Of a DNA stretch of 64,000 bases, positions 32,507-44,668 are shown one piece after another (within the stretch, counting starts at the first letter, position 1; each line of letters begins with the position of its first letter). The stretch covers positions 53,816,001-53,880,000 of the forward strand of contig OZ024745.1 of assembly GCA_964016885.1 (NCBI GenBank), given 5' to 3'. Source of the DNA: Eledone cirrhosa (taxonomy: Eukaryota). The position numbers and the translations under genes are program-made. Below the pieces are notes generated by a model. That model was not told where the DNA came from. It did no database searches and saw nothing but the letters and a program-made list of their open reading frames with translations.

Positions 32507-34224
32507 CTTATACACACATTGAATAGGTCAATATGCATGTGTGGTAATGGTGGTGGTGATTTTAGTGTAAATCGATAGAACAGCCACACAAAATTAGGAC
32601 TACGATCTGCGCAGACAAAAGTATCACTATTAAAATGAATAAAGAAAAAATGTTTTATTTAGTTGAGTGAACAGCTTTAAACGATGATCGCATAGATAGT
32701 GCGCAACCATGCAGATATTTTCAACAGACAAATGTAGTAGCTTTTATTATGTAACTATTTCACGTTCGCTGCTGCGACGACTTAGTCATAACCGACAGTA
32801 AACGGAAATAAACGAACAGTAACGAACACTAAAATTTGAAGTTTCTGCACTAAGTCGGCTTAAAAATACTGAATGTTTTATCCATTGAAGCCATAAAGAT
32901 TTGTTTCTTTTTCTAACATGTGTATTAGACTATTTTAGTAATTAAATAAATAAAAACAATTCCATCAAAAATGTGTTTTTATGTTAATGTTTAAAATACC
33001 TTTACGTATGCATACAAATGAAATGATTACGGATCGACATGTTTAGAAAAAAAGTCAAACCATTTTATTATTCTATGACGTGTAAGGACAAGAATTATTG
33101 AGCGCCTCGTGATGAGACAAGTTCACAATCGACTTAAGGACAAAGCGTTTCAAAAACATATCCGGTTTAAAATAAACTTAAATGTAACATTTCTTTATTA
33201 AAAAATTTCATATAAAATAACTAAAGTGAACTGTATTTCACAAAAAGAGATAGAGAGAGATCCTTTCTTTTTTTTTTTAACTAAAGTACATTTTAAACTA
33301 TTTTAAAGAACGGGTGGGTATTCATTCCAACAACGCTACAACTCGTCTTCCCCACCATTACTCCTGAAACACCAATTACAATGATTAAGATATGTTTAGA
33401 AAAGCGAAAAAATAATTAGCTATTCGTGTGCACATGACGTGATGCAATTTAATTTCACCCAGTATTTTAATTCAGTAAACGAGTGTATATTTGTGTGCGT
33501 ATATATATACTCGCGTGAGAGTATTAGGGTGCTGATATATATGTACGATCACCAGCATGTTGAGAATAGCGGCGCACCTATTATTAACACCGAAGTAGTA
33601 GCTTAGTTATTTGTCGACAACAGCCTTCCTGTTGTCATACTACCTCTCATGTGAATATATATATGTATATATATAGTGAAGCGTTAACGATAGCGGTATT
33701 ATTTATATCGGTTTTTCCTTTAGACGTTTAAAATAAAAATTACACAAGATATACATGACACTGTAATCAGTAAAAGTATAACATCGCCGCTGTGCGTTTA
33801 TAATAGTGACACGACTGGAAAAAAAGAAATAAATGCAGAACAGAAAAGAAGAGAGGGTATACGACAAATAGTGACACACTAAACAAAGACAAAAAGTAAA
33901 AAAAAAATGTTTTAATGGTAGTTCTACGATTTGGGGGGGGGGGGGGGGGGGAATGTCAGCAACGAGAAAAATAAGACAAAAAAATGAAATTGTCGAAATA
34001 AAAAATATAAAAAACTGTCGCTAAATGTAAACCGATTCAAATTTAAAATGAGACAAGAGGAGAGGTACGGTATTATATTTATAATTTTATTTTTTAATGC
34101 TCTCCTCGAAAAAAAAAAAAAAAAAAAAAAAAAAAGAGATCCTATGTAGAAATATAATTCAGTTTAGGAAAAGCTATAAATCAATCTCTCTCTCTATATA
34201 TGTATATATAACGTATCAATCAAT

Positions 34225-34310
34225 CGATGGTTCGAGGGAGGATTAAGAGAGAAGGAGAAGGCCATCTCGCTAGGCTGACATCACGTGAGAACGACGCCAT
34301 ATTGAACAAA
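34225..34310. promoter_or_regulatory. Second promoter-like cluster (TGACATCA, E-box TCACGTGA, YY1-like CGCCATATT)
   Basis: Motifs seen back-to-back in gctgacatcacgtgagaacgacgccatattg; direction of transcription unknown. Confidence 0.45.
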
Positions 34311-35415
34311 AAAAGACAGGTTGACCCAGAAGCATGCTTTGCCACATAAGCAAGCCCTTTTTTTTTTTACTTCTATTTAGAATTCATAGAACAATGAATT
34401 TTGACGAAGATAATAAAGGAAAACATCGTAAGAAATGTGATCATTAGGGTACAAAAAAATAAAACGGAACTAATTATGCTTTATCTCTCAACGAAGTTAA
34501 ATAGTTATGGAGTTCACCGACTCGTTATAAGACTCCATTATAGAAAGGGAACTATGTGAAATAAAAAGCCGAAATACAAACATTAACACATGACACAAAT
34601 AAAAATATCGATAATTACAGCATTGACTACTAATTCAACTAGAAAATTAAAACACGAGATAATATATATATTAATACAATTTTTTAAATAGTTATACTGA
34701 TTGTAATTCGAATCGGTAAGCTTTGAAGATAACGGGGGAAAGCGACATGGTTTCTACAGCAGTTAAGGACTTTAAAAAATAAAACTTAAAACCTCAGCAT
34801 TATTACAATACTAAAGGGGATGAAAAATAAACCGGTTTCTTTTTTGTTTTGTTTTTTTTTGTTGGCGGGGAGGGTTTAACATTTTTAGCTTTTAGCGGTT
34901 ATTAACATGCAAATTAAAATACATTTCCGACGAGGAACATATAACCATGTGCTTGCAAATGACGATACCTATACTTAACATTTTTAGCACGTGTCCATGA
35001 AGACGATGACAATTTTAAAACTTTTCAACTTAAAAAATACACTAACATTTACACTATTTAAACAATTACAAAATGCCACAAAACAACTTATGTGGATTTC
35101 ACTTTTTTTTTAAATCTTAAAAACTTTCCATAAGAAAAGTGAACACTTTATACAGTATGGAAACTTGTTTTAAGTTTATTTTATAAGAAAGATTAAATGA
35201 AAAGGATCGCCATATGCATTGGTACACATGTGAGTGTATGGGATTATATATATATATATCGGATTGCGATTCTGCAACTATTCATTTAATTTCACTTGAC
35301 AGAAATAAAACAAAGCTGTTCATTAAAATTCTTGACGTTCATTTTATTCTATAATAAAGCTGTTCCATGTAAACTCTCTCTCTATATATATAGATATAGA
35401 TATATTATATATATA

Positions 35416-35454
<39 letters not shown>

Positions 35455-36595
35455 GACACAACCTTGGATATTTGTGAATATGATCTCTTGATATATCTAA
35501 CCCTACATATTTCCGTAAAAGAATCATTATGTGCTGTGTGACAAGGTAAGTAGATGATAGAAAATGGTCGCTACTTAAATTACTAAATCGCCCAAATTTA
35601 CAAGAATTATGAGATTGCCAGACATCTATACAAAAGTGATTTGTTATATTTTATTTTTATAAAGCGTTTCTAAACAGCAAAAGAAAAATATTTTTAACAA
35701 ACATTTCCTTCAGCTATGCTGGCTTCACAAACTACTGTTATAACTGCGGCAAAAACTAGGCATTTCTTCATTAATTTCATGTATATACATATACACACAT
35801 ATATAGAAAGGCAGTAGGTAGTTTATTTTAGAAAAGCATATATACACCAATTTAAAATCAACACTCTACAGCAATGTCACAACGGAGATACTAATTCCGA
35901 AGTTAAACTGCTAAAAAGTTTATATATATATATATATATATATAACACTCGGATGGCTATACGGTATCGACCGTACATTCATTTTGGAGGGGAAATTGCT
36001 GGTATACCGATTGTTACTTTTTTAAAGTATATAATCTAATGTAGACTTTATATAAATATTAGCAACAGAAAATAAAAATTAAAGCATTGTCGTGAGAATA
36101 TATATATATACATTCAAATACTATGGTTTTCTCTAAATTCATTTTTTTTTTTTAATACGTTGCATTTTTACTTCTTAAAAATTAGATTTAACTGTATACC
36201 ATTTTTTTTTCTTTCTTTTTAGTGAAGGACGACTATATTCATGTGGCTGATACCAATATACGTGTGCATATATACGTATAATATTAAGCGCAACGAGAAG
36301 ACATTATGTGGCTTTTGCCAACGAGGCAAATAGAGGTGGTAAAGCTTATAATCAGCCATCGTGTTGTAGTAGTGGTAGTAGTTAGCTGTTGAAGCTGTCT
36401 TTTACTGGCTTTTTTCTATTAAAAAAAAACAGCGACATAACATAATTTCATTATTATTAAATTGATCGGCATAAGCAAGGAGACATAGAGGGTGGAAAAA
36501 GAGCTAAGATTAAGTGGTATTATAAATGAATAAAAATCTGTTACCCCGTCGAATGGATACTCCATAGTACAAACTAGGCGGCGACTACTAAGGTG

Positions 36596-36717
36596 ATGGC
36601 GGCGGAAGTGACGTTCGAACCGGAAAAAGATTTTGCAGAAACAAAAAAGAAAAAGTATAAAAGAAATAAGAGGAGCGACCGAGGGGAAAGAGAGGTAAAA
36701 AGAAGAAAGCGGTATGA
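36596..36717 (+). CDS. Candidate first coding exon of a divergent, unidentified gene: MAAEVTFEPEKDFAETKKKKYKRNKRSDRGEREVKRRKRY(E/D)
   Basis: ATGGCGGCG start with YY1/ETS-like motifs (GATGGCGGC, CGGAAGTG), CpG-rich, open frame to GA|gtaagt; basic NLS-like content; no downstream exon confidently found. Confidence 0.5.
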
Positions 36718-37391
36718 GTAAGTGGCTTTAGAGAGACAGAAATAAGGGAGCGATTTATAATACGTTGTGAGTGAGAGTTTAAGAAAGAGTGTATGTATAA
36801 GAGAGAGAGAGAGAAAGAGTGATGAGGCTGAGAGAAAGGAGAGGAGAAGGAAATGCAGAATGTTTGTCGGTGTAGTGAGAAAAGGAGATTATTTAAAAAC
36901 GAAGGAGAGGTTTACTGAGGGGGAAGTAACAAAATTAAACCTTTGTTGATATATAAAACGACTGCTTATGTATATAAAGATATACATGTATGTATATATG
37001 TGTGATTAAGATATGTACACATGTTCATACATTTATATTTATACATATATATATTCATTATTTGCAGTACCAGTAATACACTGATAATTGCTGGCTTTGT
37101 GCCAAAAGTAGAAACAATTATTTGCTTAAAACAAGTACTTTACTTGAGCACAGATCCACGTATATATATTCTGAAAGAATTGTGAACAATTTGTAATGTT
37201 AATTCATACAACTGTAAATAAATGTATAATTATATATATACATGGGATGGGAAGAATGATTTTTCAAAGAGGAACGGAAAGAGATCCCACTTGTAGGACT
37301 CAATATAGTAAGGTACATAATCTGATGATTTCAACTGAATGAAACAGTTCTAATCATGTAGGTGCCATCTCTATATCAAATGAATTATATA

Positions 37392-37469
37392 CAGGTATCC
37401 CAAAAGTCACAAGACCATTTTATATAAATATATATATATAAATGGTCTAGCGACCTTTGAGACACCCTG
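37392..37469. mobile_element. Miniature Tc1/mariner-like MITE
   Basis: CAGGTATCCCAAAAGTC..AGACCATTT / AAATGGTCT..GACCTTTGAGACACCCTG inverted repeats in TA context. Confidence 0.65.
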
Positions 37470-37719
37470 TGTATATTATATATATATATATTATTGTTAT
37501 TATTATTATTATTATTATTCGTCCATTTATTCCTGGGAGGGTTGTTGGAGCAGAGTCCTCAAACACTCCTTCCAGCAGATCCTGTCAGAAGCAACTATTT
37601 CCAACTGGTTCCTCAGTCGAGGCCAGCTGAGCTCATAGATGTTATCCAACCATCTTGCTCAGGGTCTCCTTCCAGTTGATTTTACCCGTAAAAATCTGTC
37701 CAGCAATTTTTTCCTAAAG

Positions 37720-38570
37720 TCATCTCACTAAAAAGAGGGCATTGGCAATACTCCTCCTTGGTACGAAGCTGCAATGTATCATCTAATTTGACTTTTTTAC
37801 CTAATTAGTTGTGCTAAAATTCTTTCTGTTCCTGACATAACTTGGTCCATTAGATTTATGCCTATGTAGTTGTTCCTTTCTAGCACATCCCCGTTTGCTT
37901 GTAACAACTAAAGTGTATACTACTATGCTAGTCATTGGGTATGACACCATCCTGTATTACTTGATTGGTTATGCAGGTAACAACTTGACTATTTGCCGAG
38001 GAGATTTCAGCATCTCAGTGACTATGTCTGATGGACTGGTAACTTTAGCATATTACTTCTCCTTCATTGTTTCTTTAACACTTTATCTGCCAATTTCAAT
38101 AGCTGGTCCCTCAGTTGGGTCAGCTGGGGGTAGTCTCTCTTTCTCCTACTCATTTTCTACATTCATTAGCCTCTTATGGTAGCATTTCCAGGTCTCTTTT
38201 GAGCATCAGTGATGCTAAATGCACCAGTGTCATTTCAAATACACTTCCCCAACAACATCCTGACACTCTGCTTTCTGATGCAGAAAATATACACATATAT
38301 AAATAAATATTTCCATGGTAAAATTAACTTGTGTTTTTTCTTCCTCCTCTCCACTGAACCTCACCTTTCTCATTATTAACCCAATTTTGTTCCCTTAATG
38401 TTTACAACACTACCTGCATAGTAACAGTTTCAAAGTCATAACCAATATGTTCCTTACTCCGCCCAAACTTAATAACTTGCACACCTCATCCATGTCGATT
38501 CTGCATACTTGTAGCCCCCACATCAATCCTCACTTTTCACCCCTGATACACTTCTCCTGCCAAACTACAT
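37720..38570 (-). pseudogene. Degraded RTE LINE fragment (EN to RT region)
   Basis: Reverse strand resembles the EGPAIEID/AEMLK/GDALER segment of the young RTE copies. Confidence 0.65.
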
Positions 38571-38599
38571 GAAAAAGAAAACAAAAAAAAACACAAAGT

Positions 38600-38960
38600 T
38601 CACTATGTATGGTGATCTGGTGCTACTACAACAAAGCACCCAGTCCATCATGGCTGTTAGGCAGTCATGCTAGTGACATGAAAAGATACCCAGTCCACCC
38701 TGTAAGGTGATCATGCTAGTGACATGACAAAAAAGCACCCAGACCACTCTGTTAAATGGACATTATGGTACCACAATAAAAAGCACCCAGTCTAAACTGT
38801 AACATGGTTGGCATTAGGAAGGGTATCCAACCATTGCTACCAGGCCAAAATATAGGTCTGTATTAGAAAGGCATAGTACCTGACCGGAATTGTCTGATAA
38901 CGTGACAACCCATTTAACCAATGCAAGCATGGAAAATGGATGTTAAATCATGGTGATAAT
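38600..38960 (+). mobile_element. RTE/SINE 3' tail with internal repeats of aaagcacccagtc
   Basis: ggttggcattaggaagggtatcc...gcaagcatggaaaatggatgttaaa tail motif. Confidence 0.6.
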
Positions 38961-38979
38961 ATATATATGTTTCATATAA

Positions 38980-39788
38980 GATAGTTGCTGAGCTGCTAAA
39001 AGCATCAGAAGTGGGAGTTGAATTAGTAAACTGCATAGGTCAATCAGATAATACAGTACAGAATCATACCCAATAACTGGCACGGCACTACAATCATAAA
39101 TTGCTACAAGAGCAATAGTGATGTTCTAGAAATGAGCAACTATAAAAGAATAAAACTAATGGACCAAGTTATGAAAGTGATGGAAGAGTTATAGCATAGC
39201 TAATTAAAAAAGGGTCAAATTAGATGAAATGCAGTTTGGTTTTATGCCTGGGGAAAGTACTACAGATACTCACTTTTTAGTGAGGCAACAAGAAAAGTTC
39301 CTAGCCATAATAGCTGCTATATTTAGCTTTTGTTGATCTAGAAAAGGTGTTTGACAGAGTATCTCTTAGATGTAAAAGAATGGCTTGTGGGAGCAGTGCA
39401 AGCTATGTACAGAGGAGCTGTCAGTAAAGTAAGGGTAAGAAGGGTTTAGTGAGGAATTCAAGGTACAGGTTCATCAGAGTTTGGTTCTCAACCCACTAAT
39501 ATTCCTCATAGTTCTCCAGGCCATAACGGAGAAGAATTTAAGATTGGCTGTCCATGGAAACTTTTCTATGTGGATGATCTGGTCCTTACAGTTGAATCTA
39601 TGAAAGGATTAGAGAATAAGTTCCAACTATGGAAACCGAATTTGCAATCAAAAGGTCTGAGGGTAAACTTAGCCAAACTAATGTGTGCTAGTAAGTAGGA
39701 AAGGAGGTAGAGCCGATTCCCCCAGGAAAGTGGCCCTGCTCAATATGTAGAAAAGGAGTAGGCATAAACACTATAAGATGTACACAAT
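38980..39788 (+). pseudogene. Degraded RTE LINE RT, left part (interrupted by DNA transposon)
   Basis: DEMQFGFMPG, FVDLEKVFDRV, GCPWKLFYVDDL, GKWPCSICRKGVG with frameshifts. Confidence 0.85.
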
Positions 39789-42163
39789 GGGTTATTCCAT
39801 ATCAAATCACCCAGTTTCAGAAAAATTTCCCAGGTCATCCCCTCTGATCCCCTCTGAAAAAATTAATACTAGCTCCTGTACCTATATTATGGAAAAATAT
39901 CAAGTATGAGGTCAATATCTTTGATAGTTTTGAAATTGTAGGCCTTCAAAATATTAATTACTTATACATTTTTTTCCGAACGAACCTCTCTGACCAACTT
40001 GAGACAGCCATTTCTCCTCTAATAAGGTAAGCATAACTTTGAAATCATGTGTTTAGGCTAACTTTTTCTGTAGAGTTCAAATATCTTATCAAATTCAAAT
40101 CAGGTGTATTTTGTATATCTTTCCATTTACAGGCCTCTGAAAATTGCCAAGAATTAAACATACAGCAAATGTATGCCTCTTTTAGGTATTTCTATTTAGC
40201 TTATAGTAGACCATTTCTGAGCAGTAACCATGTTAGTTACTATTATGGGAGTGTCAGAATAGGTTTTTAAAATAAGTGCGATTTCAAAAAATGCCCCTTT
40301 GAAGCCCCTAGTTGACCATATGGGCAGCTCAGTATCGTTTTCAAATTTTTACCATGCATTCTTATACTTCTGAAGATGATGTGACTGAAATTTGGTTTTG
40401 TTGCTGAGCTTCTTTTCAGAGTTGTAAATCTTTAGAAATTCAGTTGTCAGTGCTTTGTACAGGATCAACTTATTCATAAAGCATGGATATAAAACAGCAT
40501 GTTGCATGCCGGTGAATGGTGTTCTGGGAAGGAGGCATTACAAGAGTACCTCAGTAGACAGTTAATGTTAATGACCAAATTCTAACACTACATGATATGT
40601 AGAACTGGACAAGAGATAACATTCATGGAGTTGAATTTTGCTTTGTTTCAAAAGATCAAGTACAAGAAAATGCTGTCAAATTCAAATTGCTGAATGGTTT
40701 GATGCTTGCAAAACAATAGCTGGAGTTAGGTCACATCCAGGAAATAAGCTTCAGATCAGAAGAGTATCCCTAGATGATATGTACACTGTTGTGAATATAG
40801 GGGATGATATGGAGGACCAGGCTAGTGTAAACTGGGATGACTGTCAACCAGGCAAGTATGTAGCCTGCATGTACGATTCCAACTGGTATGTGGGAAACAT
40901 TATTGAACACTCATTTGAATATTCTGATGCTCTTGTTTCCTTTATAAAAGGATTGAAGAACAATGTACTTTCTTGGCTAGCAGCATCTAGTGAGGATGAA
41001 TGTTGGGTTCCTTTACAACATGTCATGTGTGTAATCAGTGCACCAAGTTCAAGTGACCTGAACAAAATTCTCACTCTATTCCCACACTTTGTACAGAATT
41101 AATAACTATAATTTTCTGCAAAATCAAGTAATATGATGGCTTTATTATACCGAAGCTTTTCTTTAAATGCATTCAAAGCCGCAGATTGCGCTATTACAAT
41201 AAAGTGGTGTTGTGTAAGCTCACAGAATGATTCACACATGATATCAATGAAATCTGCTGCAATAGCTTCAAGTGATACAAGTGTTGTTCTATCATTGTGC
41301 ACCCATTGTTTATATTTAATCATATCACCTTCATGAAACTCTTGATTATCCACCTGACTACTGAGGTACTCTTGTAATGCCTCCTTCCCAGAACACCATT
41401 CACAGGCATGCAACATGCTGTTTTATATCCATGCTTTATGAATAAGTTGATCCTGTACAAAGCGCTGACAACTGAATTTCTAAAGATTTGCAACTCTGAA
41501 AAGAAGCTCACCCACAAAACCAAATTTCTGTCACATCATCTTCAGAAGTATAAGAATGCATGGTAAAAATTTGAAAACGATACTGAACTGCTCACATGGT
41601 CAACTAAGGGCTTCAAAGGAGCATTTTTTGAAATCGCACATATTTCAAAAACTCATTCTGACACTCCCATAATAGTAACTAGCATGGTTACTGCTCAGAA
41701 ATGGTCTACTATATGCTAAGTAACAGGAAAACAATTCTGGTTGCTTTATCTAGTGCACCTATTGAGATAGAAATACCTAAAAGAGGCATACATTTGCTGT
41801 ACGTTTAATTCTTGACAATTTTAGAGGCCTGTAAATGGAAAAATATACAAAATATACCTGATTTGATAAGATACTTGAACTCTACAGAAAAAGTTAGACT
41901 TAAACACATGATTTCAAAGTTGTGCTTACCTTATTAGAGGAGAAATGGCTGTCTCCAGTTGGTCCAATAGGTTTGTTCAGAAAAAAAATGTAAAATTAAT
42001 TAATATTTTGAAGGCCTACAATTTCAAAACTATCAAAGAAAGATATTGACCACATACTTGATATTTTCCCATCATATAGGTACAGGAGCTAGTATGGATT
42101 TTTTCAGAGGGGATCTGAGGAGGTGACCAGGGACCCTCTGGGTGATTTGAGATGGAATGACCC
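39789..42163. mobile_element. Sola2-like DNA transposon derivative with about 770-800-bp inverted arms and a 4-bp TSD (CAAT)
   Basis: CAAT|GGGTTATTCCAT...ATGGAATGACCC|CAAT; arms 39789-40557 and 41358-42163; internal transposase fragments incl. KQW...HHF...LDFAENYS; removing it rejoins the host LINE RCTQ-CKYWVHK. Confidence 0.85.
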
Positions 42164-42167
42164 CAAT

Positions 42168-42600
42168 GTAAATATTGGGTACACAAGATGTAGTGGGATA
42201 ACAGGTAGATTAACATGAAGAAAAGACTTTGTATGTAGGTGTACAGGGGTAATTGAGGGGGAAGAGCATCAGGAAGGGTTCATAGAAGTGGTTGATAGCA
42301 TCTGCTCTTTAGGTAATTTAATTAGCAGTGGAGGCGGGTGCTCTGAGAGCATAATAGCTAAAATAACGATAGGATGGAAAAAGTTTAGAGAGCTACTCCT
42401 ATTGTTGACAACAAAGGGTTTCTCTCTATGTTCAGAAGGATGAATATATTATGCCTGTGGGAAAAGTGTTATGCTGCATAGCAGTGAAAAATGGGCAGCA
42501 ACCACAGAGGATATGTGTAGATTGGAGAGACATGAAGCAAATATGCTTGGTTGGATTTGCAATGTAAATGGGAGAAAAAGGCAGAACTGAAGGAGAAACT
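42168..42600 (+). pseudogene. Degraded RTE LINE RT, right part
   Basis: CKYWVHK...SSGGGCSES...GWKKFRELLLLLTTKGFSL continues the 38980-39788 copy. Confidence 0.8.
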
Positions 42601-42815
42601 CCACCATCCTACATCGCGGGAACAGTACCACCCTCTTTATATCACAATTGGTGAGACGGAATTGAAAATGGTCCATCAGTTCATCTACCTTCAGTGCACC
42701 ATTATATCAGATGCCAAGATCAACAAGGAAATGAACCAGAGACTGACAAAGGGGAACAATGCATTTGGCAACCTGTATAAACATATGTGAAACAACAAAC
42801 GCCTGAAGAAAGGCA
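42600..42815 (+). pseudogene. Fragment of a second RTE/BovB-like LINE family
   Basis: ITIGETELKMVHQFIYLQCTIISDAKINKEMNQRLTKGNNAFGNLYK resembles RT motif 7/thumb. Confidence 0.65.
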
Positions 42816-42906
42816 TGTACATGAATGGACCTGTTATTTTTATCTAAAGACATTTTTTCCAATTCCATCCCGCCCGTCCCCTCAATCTATTTTATTTCTC
42901 ATTCTT

Positions 42907-42942
42907 TTTTATGATGAAGGACTAGCGTCCGAAACGTTAAGA
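42907..42942 (+). ncRNA. Minimal hammerhead, core mutated (AUGAUGA)
   Basis: Same motif as 43926-43961 with C3 replaced by A. Confidence 0.65.
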
Positions 42943-43022
42943 CCCTCTTCCTGCTATATCAAGCGTTAACCTAATATATACCTTCCATATACTGATTGTG
43001 TTATTATTTCTGTTTACCTTTC

Positions 43023-43093
<71 letters not shown>

Positions 43094-43925
43094 TACATGG
43101 TCCCCGCACTTGCGACCGGTTTAGAAAAGAACTTACAGCTTTCTTTAAAAGCTTAGCCTCTCCATACAAGTTGAAGCCAACCTTTCGGTCATAAACTACC
43201 TCAACGTTACCTTCAATTTGTCGAATGGCTTGCACTACCCATATAGAAAGCCGAATGATACACTTAATTACATCAGTAAGCATTCTAACCATTCTGTCAG
43301 CATAACCAAGAACCTGGTAAGAAATGTTTCTTTGAGGCTTTCTCGTCTATCTTTAAATGAGCAACCAGTCTTACAGGCCCTAACGGATCTTTCCATATCT
43401 GCCACTCTTTCAAATACACATCTGGTGTTCCCTTTGCAGGTGTTTATACATCGGACAAACGGGACGCCGTATGGCGGACCGTTTTGCTGAACATTTGAGG
43501 AACATACGACTCGGTATGGATACTCCTGTCACCCATCATTTCTGTTCTCTGGGTCATTCTTCCCTACATGTTTCAGTCATGGGTGTCCTTTTACATCATG
43601 GATCACAGGCCTCGTGCACCAGGACTGAACAAAGTCTGATTCACCGCCTTGGGTCCTATTCCCCTCTTGGACTCAACTCACCTCCAAAATTTTTCTAATA
43701 CCCCGTCCATTATTACATCCCTAGATTCCTATCGCTTTCTCTTGATCATTAGTATCTACTCTTACAACTAATACAGGCCAACTATATATGCTCACTCCAC
43801 TTTTCCCTTCACTGCTCACACATATATTAACATATTTTTGCTCATAGCTTCGTTATATTTATCTAAAGACATTTTTCCCAATTCTAACCCACCCGTCGCC
43901 TCAATCTATCTTATTTCTCATTCTT

Positions 43926-43961
43926 TCTTCTGATGAAGGACTAGCATCCGAAACGTTAAGA
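43926..43961 (+). ncRNA. Minimal type I hammerhead ribozyme, intact core
   Basis: UCUU CUGAUGA a GGA-cuagca-UCC GAA ACGU U / AAGA: stem I UCUU:AAGA, stem II GGA:UCC, palindromic ACGU in place of stem III. Confidence 0.8.
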
Positions 43962-44050
43962 CCCTCTTCCGGCTATATCAAGCGTTAACCTAATATATCG
44001 CCTCCATATACTGTATCGAATGTGTTGTTATTTCTGTTTACCTTTTACAT

Positions 44051-44145
<95 letters not shown>

Positions 44146-44164
44146 CATATATATATATATATAT

Positions 44165-44231
<67 letters not shown>

Positions 44232-44280
44232 CATACATATATATATATATATATATACATATATTTATATATATATATAT

Positions 44281-44620
44281 GGAGGCACATGACTTAGTGG
44301 TTAGAGCATTGGCCTTGCAATCGAAAGGTTGTGAGTTCAATTCTCAGACCGGGTGATGTGTTGTTTCCTTGAGCAAGACACTTTATTTCACATTGCTCCA
44401 GTTTACTCAGCTGTAGAAATGAGATGATAGGGACTGAGGTCTTTATCATTCCACTGTAAAGTGGTTGTGCAGGTGCCACGGCAAAAAAGCACCCAGCACT
44501 GTAAATGAGGTTGGTGTTAGGAAGGGCATCCAGCTGTAGAAATCAAGCCAGCATCAGTTCCCATCCTACCCTTGCAAGCAGGGAAAAAGTGGACGTAAAA
44601 TGAAATGATGATGATGATGA
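44281..44620 (+). mobile_element. Full-length tRNA-derived CORE-type SINE with RTE-like tail
   Basis: A box TGACTTAGTGG, B box GAGTTCAATTC, CORE-like CCTTGAGCAAGACACTT...CTCAGCTGTAGAAATG, tail GGTGTTAGGAAGGGCATCCAGCTGTAGAAA...(GAT)n. Confidence 0.85.
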
Positions 44621-44630
44621 TATATATATA

Positions 44631-44662
<32 letters not shown>

Positions 44663-44668
<6 letters not shown>

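Larger units (their letters stand above)
42832..44056 (+). mobile_element. Penelope-like retroelement remnant with direct terminal repeats (42832-43030, 43852-44056)
   Basis: PYRKPNDTLNYISKHSNH (PLE RT C-terminus) and LYIGQTGRRMADRFAEH...HHF...EQSLIHRLGSYSPLGLN (GIY-YIG); about 200-bp direct repeats each carrying a hammerhead motif. Confidence 0.9.

Noticed and set aside
37270-37312. Possible second exon of the plus-strand gene (aag|AGGAACG...AAG|gtacat)
   Set aside because: Weak acceptor and no recognisable peptide; cannot be supported without transcripts
37320-37352. CTGATGA...GAAAC hammerhead-like spacing
   Set aside because: Stem II closing pair mismatched and no stem I
44281-44352. tRNA gene
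   Set aside because: A/B boxes belong to a SINE head continuing into core and LINE tail; no convincing acceptor stem
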